DNA of 61,648 bases, filler included, from Hausera hauseri (lineage: Eukaryota), in assembly GCA_046269625.1 (NCBI GenBank). It is 11 parts of 11 records of this genome, joined end to end, with 100 filler letters (N's around TTAATTAATTAA, not from the genome) between each part and the next. Parts side by side here need not be neighbours in the genome. Positions count along the whole stretch, not along the records: positions 25,931 to 30,517 come from JBJURY010516126.1; positions 30,618 to 35,222 come from JBJURY010508462.1; positions 35,323 to 42,744 come from JBJURY010015232.1; 8 more parts are not named here. One strand, given 5' to 3'. Below are positions 25,931-36,719 of the stretch, one piece after another. The position numbers and the translations under genes are program-made. The notes beneath the pieces are model-generated. The model saw nothing but the letters and a program-made list of their open reading frames with translations. It did not search any database and was not told the DNA's origin. The stretch's first letter is position 1; every line of letters starts with the position of its first letter.

Positions 25931-28420
25931 CCAAGTACAGCTGCGAAGCGAGTCGAGTATAGCGGATCACTCTTGTCGTAGTTCGATGTATCTAGCTGTT
26001 CATTAGATATCATGGTTGGTAACAGTTGTGATTTTAAGTCAACACCGCGAAAATCAAGAAAGAAACTGTAAGTGTCACCAGCAACAACATTAAGTTCGCA
26101 ATTAAACTGGTGCCTATAAGTCTCCAACTCGATATAATTCAGCTTATACATCCGTAACTTGGATAGATCAATTACGGCCTGACTGATATATAAGGGCCTA
26201 TCTGAGGTGACTATGTCTTTATCGAGGAGAACGGCAACCAGATCATCGGCTATAATAGTGCTCTCTTTAAACTGGGCCTTACTAGCATATGTAACTAGCT
26301 TTTTAGGACTATTACACAGTCTCAGGTTTGACCTATTAAGCAAATCCTCTACTATTTTGCCGTATAAGCTGTTGTCCTTAAGCTTAAGAAAGTATTTGCT
26401 GCAGTCCTTTTAGCAGTATTAAGATCAATGTAATCCTTAAAGACAACCCTGGTCAAACTCAACGGCTCGATGTACCTTCTCAACTACAGCACCTAACTCG
26501 ATGTACAACTGTAAGAGCCGATAGGGAATAATATAGTTGGACTTTCGCTCATGTGTCAGCAACAAATTTTTTACTTTTGAACCAGGAGGACATTTATTAA
26601 TTGGTGCTAGAGGCACTTGGTCCAACTTAGCATGTTTATCAACCGGAATGCTTAAGTGAACTTCGAAGACTATGCCTCGTTTTTCGCTAACACAGTCAAT
26701 TAAAGGGTAATTGTTCAATCAGGCTAGTTAATTTCTCCTCATCGTAAATTCAAGTCAAATTCGCAATTGGCAAAGGTTAAGATAAAGCCCAGCCGTACAG
26801 ATTATTTACATTTATATATACAAAAGACTGGTGCTTTCATCAATGGTAACCCTATGCTTATTTACATATGTCATGCCACCACGAATTCCTGTTTGAAAAA
26901 AAGTATAAATTTCAGGATCTTGAATGAGTTCAATCTTACAAGGACCGGATTTCAATGCTGTCGCCCAACATAAATCGGGAATTGAAATAAAGTTTACTGC
27001 CTCTAAACCATCCTGTAACCTAACTTCCTTTCTAAACCGTTCAAAAATGTCACCTAACAAGAATACATCGAGTTTCATGTATACCAACATGTAATCTAAA
27101 AGACTGCTACAACTATATATCGACAAAACAAGTTGTGCTTCTTCACAATTGCTGTCACTAACACCATGATATTTTGGTGGTAACTGAGAAATAGACTTCA
27201 AGTCATTGAATGTTTTGGCTGCAGTGTATGGAAAGATTCCTTTTCCTTTAATTATGACAGAATAGAAAGCCATTTCTGTAAATGGGTAACTATCTAAATT
27301 GGAGGATAGTTTTTAATGAAGCTGGTAAAAACTGCAGTGTCTAAAAATCTAATAGTAACAGACGTTTTATTCGAACATCTTATCAATGCAAACATAGTCA
27401 TAAATTTGTCTGTGGAATTACATTTAATTCCCAACTGCTGCATTTACTCAATGCGTGTTTTATGATATGATAAAGATCATATCCAAGTAAATTGTGAGAC
27501 ATAACTGGTAAATTGTATCTGATCTGACGTGCCAAGTTACATTTGCTGCAAGAAGGGCCTAAGAATTAACCTATAACATGGCAATGATCTCTAACAAATT
27601 CAGAACCAGTTTCATGACAAAGATAACAAACAGTGGCATTATTAAACCTATACCATTCTGCAGATGTTAACGGGATCATTGGTTTTTCGCATTTTCTTAC
27701 CAAGGGAAAACAAGTTTCTTAACAATTTCCTCTAAACAAGTCAAGAACTCAACTATGGAATTTTCACCAAACTGATTGTATTCAACATCTGTTGATGAAA
27801 CTAGCAAAAGACCGGCTGCAGCAGGCAAATGAATATGTTTAACCTTATCGTTAGGGCAAAGAAAAGATTCAAAGTCAGCATATACGACAAAAGGAGGACT
27901 TACGGATTTTGACCAGTTCTTAAATTCACAAAACTTATTTTAGGGCACTTTGTACAAAGTCATGCACTAGGTAGAAGAATTGCACATAGGTAAATGCCTA
28001 TCGTAAGCAGTGTCAAACCTAAAACCATGCAAACATTTCTCACAACAATGCTTACATTAAATTCTTATGCTTTTAGACCGTACGTTCAACAGCCTACTCA
28101 GATTAAAAACAGCTATATAGTGGAACTTATTATGATTTTCCAAAGTCATCAAGTTAACTACAGAACCATTCGGATTTTTGCTCCTATACAAAATGTCCAC
28201 CAATGCATTTTTACTATATCTACATCAACGTCGACATCAACCTCATTACGAAATAAGACATTAATGGTAAGTTGCGGATTCCGCTTTTCAAATTTACGTA
28301 TGTTACATATTTTCATAGGCATATCATCCAGGGAATAATAAAGTTCACCTAAGTAAGGAATGTAATTGTTGACTCGATACCTATAGTAGGATAAAAATGT
28401 ATAATCTGCGCCAAACGGGG
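25931..28420 (-). pseudogene. Polinton protein-primed DNA polymerase B with endonuclease VII-like insertion
   Basis: VYADFES; VRDHCH...CSKCNL; HNLLGYD; KGIFPY; GIRGG; NNLYGWAL; KLKDNSLYGK; AGDTYS (degenerate YGDTDS). Confidence 0.92.
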
Positions 28421-28429
28421 GTTGACCAA

Positions 28430-29600
28430 AGTGCACCGGAAATGAAATCGCGCCACTTCCGGTTCGATTTGCGTAATTTCCGGTGCGATTTGCGTCACTT
28501 CTGGCGGTTTATTGCGTAATTTCCGGTAAATTTTGCGCAATTTTGGGCATAAATCACGTGATTTAGAAGCAATTTTCCCAGGAAATTGCGCAGCGCGTTA
28601 CGCGCAATCGATTACGTCAAAAAATGTGGCAAAATATTTTCCCATGATTACGTAATCATCGTTAAAGAGTGTTTTTTTGCGAACTGCGTGAGAACCAAAA
28701 AACATTTTACTGTTTTCTCAACGGATTTCAACTCAGCCCAGCAGCGCGGTTCGAACGGTATATAACATTGTCTGGTAAATGGAACAGCGGGCCGAGAAAA
28801 CCCTATGTATGTTCTGCGCCAGTTCCGGTTTTTCAATGAAAATCGCCGAAAGCGCAATATCTCAGCTCGTAGGAAACCTATGGAGTTGGTTAAGGTGTCG
28901 TTCGATGCGGCTCCACGAAATGCGTCGAATGAATCTATTATTGACAGCATTGGACCACCGGGGCCGACGTTATGAGTAGAAAACGGAACCAAAAATCATT
29001 TTTAATTGAGCACTGCTCACAATTTAAATAAGATTTAAAACTTTTATACATTTGACTGAGTAGTATTTGGTAAACTCTATCGACTGGTATCTTAACAGGG
29101 TTGGTTTGATGAGTAGTTTGAGCACAATTTAATTTTGCGCTAGAGCGATTTAAAGGTTTATTTACGCAATAACTCATCAGCTATAAGTGTTTAAAAAATT
29201 CCCCATACACCAATGGAAAGGTCTAGTGGAGGCGCATCGAATGACATAACATGAGTGATTTTGAGCACTAGACGCAAAAATAAAATTTTGTTTTTTGGGG
29301 ATTATGCAATAACCAAAAAATATTTTACCGTTTTTTCAACGGAATCAAGCTCAGCTTGTCAGCGCTGTTCTAATAATGTATAACATTAGTAGGTAATGTG
29401 GATAACGGGCCGAGAAAACCCTATGTATGTTCTGCGCCAGTCCGGTGGTTTAATATTTGTAACGCTAGGTCAACAACCGTAAATGGTACGGAACCATATC
29501 ATACACCAACGGAAAGGTCTAGCAGAGACGCATCGAAAGATATTACATGAGTGATTTTGAGCACTATACTCAAAAAATTTGTTTTGAGCACTACTCAAAA
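28430..29600. repeat. internally repetitive non-coding element truncating PolB
   Basis: ~21-bp tandem units at 28455-28545. Direct repeats 28692-28828 / 29311-29445 and 29204-29290 / 29499-29582. Spaced palindromes. Confidence 0.7.
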
Positions 29601-30617
29601 TTTATCCATGTATCAGACTAATTATTCCTGCTATATTGTAGTATTTTCTGAGCTCTATCAATTGCTATTCTAATTATGTCTATATGACTGCTCGAAATAT
29701 TTTTTTTGAGGCCACTTATGTAGAAAGTGCTGATTGAGTAGATGAATCGATCACTTGTTAGAAATAAGGTTCTTGTTTTAAATCATTAAAATTGAAATAT
29801 TATTTGTAGCGTCACTGAGCAGTATATATAAGTAGATATTTACTTGTTTTTAGAGGAAATGTCTGCGACTGATATAAAATGTGCTATTAAAGATATTGAG
29901 ATTTTGTTTTTGTAATTTTTTTACAATTCAAAATATTTTTGAATAGATGCTACAGGACTAATCAAAATGCAATGGAATGAGCTGCATACTCCATTCAACA
30001 TAGGAGACGGTTTGGAATACAAAATACTCGTGCAGCGATGTATAGAAAAATTAAAATTTATGGCGCCTTATTTAGATAAATTGCAAATGAAATTAAATTA
30101 CCAACATAATGAAATTGTCATATTGTAAGTTTTGATCAATGTGTACATTACTAAAAACGAATCTAGTTACAATGAATGTTAATCTTGTTATACATTTTGC
30201 CAAAATATAGTTAATTAGTTCAAACGTTTATTGTGTTCTATTATCATAAACAAATTAACGTTTATAAAGTTTATTATGTTACATAGTCATGTTCAACATG
30301 ATTGTTACATAATATGTTCATAGTTTACATTGTAGTTTAGATTGACAAAAAATTTATTACAATATGTTCAAGGGTAACTTCTGTCGTTTACATTATACAA
30401 CTATATAATAAAGGACATTTCAAACCAAGACATTAACGAAAAATGGTTTCCCAAACTTCCAAACTTCTGATGATGAAGTGACGATTGTGGGTGAAGAAAA
30501 ACCCAGATCTCAGCAATNNNNNNNNNNNNNNNNNNNNNNNNNNNNNNNNNNNNNNNNNNNNTTAATTAATTAANNNNNNNNNNNNNNNNNNNNNNNNNNN
30601 NNNNNNNNNNNNNNNNN

Positions 30618-30799
30618 TTAAACAACGTCTACTCATCTTTTTGAATCTCGCACACAATGTGTTGTACTATAAGTATATGTAGATACCCAACTATCAATAG
30701 AAAGGTAATCTCACAAATGAAGACATTAGATTTGTAAGACATACTTATAGCACAACAAATTGTGTGCGAGATTCAAAAAGATGGGTAGGCATTGTTTAG
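30618..30799. repeat. ~62-bp inverted repeat
   Basis: 30618-30680 is the near reverse complement of 30739-30799. Confidence 0.85.
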
Positions 30800-30824
30800 T
30801 TTGTGTCGAAATATCTGTCCGACA

Positions 30825-30871
30825 GATGTTCTCTGATGAAGATCTTAATAAGATCGAAATATTAGAATGTT
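30825..30871 (+). ncRNA. minimal type I hammerhead ribozyme (Penelope-type)
   Basis: gatgttct CTGATGA a GATC ttaataa GATC GAAA tatt agaatgtt: stem I, catalytic core, stem II and palindromic AATATT in place of stem III. Confidence 0.75.
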
Positions 30872-30959
30872 ATATAAAAAACGTTAAACAAATTCTGAAA
30901 CATTATTGTCCTCAAAAAGACATGTATATAAAGTTATAAAGGAATAAAAAACAAAACAA

Positions 30960-33900
30960 CAGAAAGTAAAGAAACCCAAATATAAAATCGTTGATTTTGT
31001 TCACATTTCAAAAATTAGAACGATACCATTCATTAAGAATTTTCATAACAATTGGAACGATGAGGTATTCGAAATTGTTGAAATAAACAATAAACAAATA
31101 CCAGTTATGTACGTCATACGAGATGAAGATGGTAATGTTATTCGAGGGAAATTCTATGAAGAAAAATTACAAGTACTACTGGAAAAATATGTATATCGTA
31201 TACAATCAATACTACAAACAAAAGAAAAATATAAGCATAAACAACATCTAGTCAAGTGGCATGGGTACGAAAATTTGACATGGATTTACGTAAATTGAAT
31301 TGAACAACAATGAGGTTTAACGTTGTAATACCGAGTAACAACTGTCGGAATAATACTGAGTAAATTCATTGTGGACTATGAAAATTCTATGGAATTGAAA
31401 AATGGTGATAGGACCGTTTGTCTAATAGAATTTTCATTTATATACAATCCAGTAGGTATAAAACAAAAATCCGAAATTCAATATGAATCAGAATGGAAAC
31501 AAGTAGAGAAAATAGAAATTGATATTGAAGTAAAAAATTTGGAAAAACTCATTAGTAGTACATTATCAAATTTTATACATGTGCATGAAGCTGATCTTGT
31601 TAATGGACATGTTCTATTTTCTGCAAACAAAGAATTTAAAATTGTTTCCGACACTGAACGGTTTCGAAAGCGTTGTAATAAAATTAAATAGTTCATCAGT
31701 GCCGCCGGGTGTGCATTCATGACAGAAGCATCACGTTCTGGGTTCAAAACTTACCATTCAGCCGACGAAAAAACGAAAATTCATCGGATTATTATGGAAA
31801 TATAAAATCCTCCAATTTCGTATATATTTAAAAAAGAAGTTTCATTCAAATCGTCAAACGATATCTGTTCATATTTCCTGATACATTGTTAAATTATATT
31901 TAAGACATTTACCACTGATTAATTGGACTATGTAAGTTTTTCACTGAAGTCGGATATTAAGACGGTGGCTTTCGATGTTAATCTCGTTCAGATGTTGGGT
32001 ATAAATAATTTATTATTTAAACAGGAAGATAGCAAATAGAAAACTAAATCTTTACAGTGTATTGAATTAAATATATTTACATTAGTACCGTTGATCCTAT
32101 ATACGTTGGTAACGTTCGCGTTCCTTTGCTAAGGTCGATTTGGATGAACAGTTCATATAAAATCTGAGAAATAGTACACATTAAATAAGATTATTCGATA
32201 TACCTACTGGTTGTATCGAAATTAAAATTAGTACCCGTGATGATGCGGGAAACCTAATCCCATTGTCATTTGGGTCGAAGACCAGATTAACATTACATTT
32301 TCGATTGAAAAACAGTGTGTAAACAAAATTAAAGTACCAGTCAATCAATAAGTAAATGGTGATCGTGCTATTATTGCCATGTACAGTCGTCCACAGATGA
32401 TGGACGGTGGTGCATTACCGTATTTGGTTGGAAAAAAACAAGATGGTTATTGGTTGCAAAAAATAGAGATATTTGCGAAATCAATTCGGAAGAAATTCGG
32501 AGTTCGTATAGCGAAATCTCTCAATAACTGCTTCTGATGTTTTTGATAATAAACGATCTTTGAAAGAAGCTATTCGAAGCAGAGCAAATGAAACACTAAC
32601 TGATATAAAGGATAATTCACTTAAGACTTTAAGGGGAAGCCTATGTAGTAGTGAAAAGAAACAGGAAACAGATAATGGACTAAATTGTCATTGACGTCGT
32701 CCTAATGGTAAACGAAAAAGACAACTATCAAACAATAGCTATGTGACTATAAACAAAAAACGAAAGTTTGCTTGAACGATATTTGCCAAATAATACAATG
32801 TGTATTGGAAAATCTGAAATATTAATGTGATCATGATGTTCTCCAGGTAGTTACCGAAAGTTCAACTTTTGAAGAGATCTATCCTAAATACTCAATAACC
32901 GGATACAAAAGTATACAGATAGAATTCAGTATTATGAAATCGGACAATGATTATTTATACTTAAACGATGCGTTAATCGTCGTTAAAATGAAAACCGTAA
33001 AATACGATGTAACTGATATCACAACCGATTCCGATATAACACCATCGAATTTTATACTCCATGCACTATTCATAGAATTAACACTCATACTGAACAATGT
33101 CAAAGTGGAGGATACAGACATGCAGAAATCCATTATTGAAAATGTTTTCAATTTTGGTAATGATACGGAAACCGTATTCCTAGAATCCATAGGATATTAT
33201 AAGGACGTATATAAACGTTGAGTGGATGAAAAGACTGCATCTCGGACATTTTTTGGTCCGTTGCATTTGGCTTTCTTTGACCGACCAAAATATCTGTAGC
33301 CAGGTATTATGTAAACCTTAAACTAACAAGAAATGTTGGTTCGGTCGTTTACAAATGCAATAAGGGAACTGATGCTGCTGAAATTAATCTACATGCTGCT
33401 CATTCGATGTGCGCATGTGGATCAATCCGTAATGATTAAACATCATCAAGGATTGAATACCCAAAATGCAGTGTTTCCGTTTCAGAAAACGAAAATGGTT
33501 CACTTTACCATTCCAAATGATTCCTATGGAGAATACAAAGACAATCTGTTTTACGAAAAACGATTACCAAAATTTCTTATGATTGCATTTCAAAAATTAA
33601 AACAAACCAGTGGAAATTGTGGTTTATTTGGTAGTCAGTTTGCAAACAAGGGTGTAAAATCAATAACTCTCATGAGAAACATAGACTTCCGCGAAAAGTA
33701 TTCAATGAATTTTAGCGACGATAAAAATGACTATAATGAAGCTTAGGTTAAATCAATTATTCTCAACACGAAAGTGCTCAATCATGATGGTAACAATGGA
33801 TTTTCAATGAATGATTTTAAAGATTCTTATTCGTTTTTCGCATTCGTGCTTCCACTGGATTTTGATGTTGATCAAGCACAATTACCGAAAACCGGTAATT

Positions 33901-34400
33901 TGAAGTTGGATGTGCGATTTCATAATGCTCTAACGGAATTACTGACAATGTATGCCCACGAGGTGTTTAATGCGCAAATTCAAATTACCAAGGACGGTAT
34001 TGTGATTGTATAAACAAATTATAATACACACAAAAACAAGCAGACAGACACGAAGTAACGGTTGCTTCTGATTAATTATTCTATTTCATTTAGTACTTTT
34101 CATATTGAAACTATTCTGAAACACGAGCTGGCTACCAAATATTTCCGCGGTGTGTATCCTCTAGAACATCTGTCAAACCATGTTCAACCGAATGCTTATG
34201 TAATCAGTTTACATTCGAGTAATTTGCCCGGAGAACATATGATTGCTGTCAGTGTTCGGCTGAACAATATTTGTGTATTCAATCCAATTGGTATGTACTA
34301 TCCGATGAAACTCGTGACTACATTGCAACAACCGGTAACATATAATACAATTCATTATCAGCATCCACTAAAAAAGCTTTGTGGAAATTCATCAGCCAAT
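30960..34400 (+). mobile_element. second Polinton: integrase 3' end, single minor capsid (31310-32322), core protein (32379-32793), MCP (32798-34013), adenain-like protease (~34095-34400)
   Basis: GKFYEEKL and HLVKWHGY; DPIYVGNVRVPLLRS...LTLHFR; MCP LPKFLMIAF and GNLKLDVRF; protease FRGVYP...LPGEH...YQHP..LCG. Confidence 0.9.
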
Positions 34401-34409
34401 ATCGTTGAC

Positions 34410-35222
34410 TATGTGTGTAAAGTAGGTAGAAGTGAGCGTTCTGCCGCACTGGTCTGATTGGTCCGCCGACCAGTTTTCCTCACCTGATTGGCTATTTAGA
34501 GCATTTCACTGAAATTTTCTCACGACCACCCCCTGGCTGAAAAGGAGGTCGAGCAATGAACTTTGCACCGAGTGATATCGATAGCGCGTTACGAGCTGAG
34601 AAAAAGTTAATGGTGGTGCGGCTTTGAGAAAAGTAAGGGAGAGGCGCTAGAAGAGGAAGACGCAAAACAGAAAATGTGCCACGCGTAACGAGAAACGTGC
34701 TTCTATCACTGAAAAAATGTGTACAAAGGGTAAATCGATGTTGGCAAATCCAATGGACACGGTTGAAACTCAATCAGACCATGAGAACATGGGGAAAAAT
34801 CGATGGGAAAGTTTCAAACGGGGAAAATGTTCCCTTAGACAAGTCAAACGGCGATGGAAATGGATTGAGCGCATAGCCCATCAGTAGTTGAGCATTTCAT
34901 ATTATAGCCGCCTCACGATCAGACGAAAGGATCCGGGTGAAAAATCAAACCTATCGAACAAAGGAACCGAAAAAACGCATTGTTAAAAATCTATGTCAAA
35001 ATCATACAGTAGTGGGAAGTGAGAGCTCCACCGCACTTTTCCAAAAGTACTCAGATTGATCTGGAACCAAGTTTTCTCCAACTATCTCGAAATTCTGAGC
35101 ATTCAATGTTTTGTGGCCGGAAACCCCCCCCCCAGGATTGGAAGCACATGTCATGAGTCGCACATGTAACCGACGGAAATCGGTAGAGCTCGATGAGACG
35201 AAGAAAGTTTTATAGCGCGGCA
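34410..35222. repeat. probable non-autonomous DNA-transposon-like sequence
   Basis: Abrupt switch from protease coding sequence; repeated ctgattgg and tagNgc...gagNNga motifs; no recognisable ORF. Confidence 0.35.
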
Positions 35223-36189
35223 NNNNNNNNNNNNNNNNNNNNNNNNNNNNNNNNNNNNNNNNNNNNTTAATTAATTAANNNNNNNNNNNNNNNNNNNNNN
35301 NNNNNNNNNNNNNNNNNNNNNNCAATGATTTCAGTAACCTCTCGGAAATGTTGTACAGAAATGTAAGTGGTTACAACGAGATTATGAAAATCCAAAATTA
35401 TCGATATAACCGTTGCCAGAACATATAAAAATATCACATTCATTAATATCGGATTTTCCGTTATGCAATGTGTGTGGAAGCGTGTAATTCGTACAATATT
35501 TATTTGGCACATTTGCCAACGAGAGAACATGAATTACGGAACATGTTCAGATGATTTCATCAGCAAAGCTGATGCTAGGATGTATGAGCTGCAACAATGC
35601 ATTTGATAGCATGTCAGTCTCAACAAACACACTCACAGCTAAGCAATTCTAAAACAAATGGATGCGAAAATCTGTTGTAAATCATGTCAATCATATTTCA
35701 CTGATATAATGACTCTAAATCCCATGTTAAATCTCACGAGGACAATCAAATAATTTCTTGTCCTGTCTGTGGTGAACGTGGTTTTCCCGGTTTTGTTGGG
35801 ATTTTTATATCATTTGTTGAGATTTTTTTTGGTGTTTTAAAAAAATTTCTAGATTTGTTTTAAAAATACAAAAATTTTTTGTACAGTTCAAATTGAAATA
35901 TTTTTTCTCCATTTTGATATTCATTTCTATTTCTCAGAAATTTTGTTCGTTATTATTTGTTGTTGGGAGATTTCTGATTCTAAATCTGTTTATATATTAG
36001 TGAATTATTCGTTTTCAATATATTTTTGCATCTAATCGAAAGAAAGTTTATGCCTACGACAAGTTTGATTGGAAATATGTTAGGTACATTCTATTTGCCT
36101 TTTGTCAGAGAACAAACCAGACAATGTCCTGATATCGCCTATTCAATTATAATACAATATAACAAATGGTGTCATAAAGTAACGTTTAA

Positions 36190-36645
36190 TGTACTGGCTC
36201 ACAATATTGATATTAAGAAACGCAATGGATTCTACGGTCCAATTCTAAGCAGGTTGCACAGAATTATGATTTCTCGAATGGCACAACCTGAAGAATTACT
36301 AGTTGTTGAAAATGAACAGGGCGAAGTCGTACGAGAATTCATGAAAGACACAGACAGCATAAACCTGTATAAGAACATGCGGGAATGTTTGGTTTACCTA
36401 CCTATTTAGATAATACTGAGATGATAATGGCAGAGAAACTCCGTCGCCAAATGGACGGCTCAGAATGGTCATGGAAAAATCGAAACACTTTATGTTGGTC
36501 TATTGGCAGTGTTTCCGGTGCCATGCACAAGGATTGTGAAAGACGGTTTCTGGTCGTTGCCATCAGAGATTTGTTGGTGCTATATGAACAGAAACGAGGA
36601 AAGGAAAACAAAGCCATTGTGGCTAGCATCATCATGTATATTGTT
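36190..36645 (+). pseudogene. XPO1: exportin-1 (CRM1) internal fragment
   Basis: [45 protein letters not shown] / [22 protein letters not shown]...[12 protein letters not shown]; frameshift at ~36400. Confidence 0.92.
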
Positions 36646-36719
36646 TGTATATATTTGTTCAACGTTTTAAGTAAACAAATCCAGGTTAATAAAAGTAACA
36701 TTACGTTGATATTTGTTCA

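Noticed and set aside
28455-28545. CRISPR-like array
   Set aside because: Head-to-tail minisatellite with no unique spacers, in a eukaryotic context with no cas genes.
35160-35215. ctcgatgagacgaagaaag as a hammerhead
   Set aside because: Lacks the CUGA core and stem II; fits the transposon dyad motif better.
35323-35790. Several CxxC motifs suggesting a zinc-finger gene
   Set aside because: Spread over different frames with many stops; family not identifiable.
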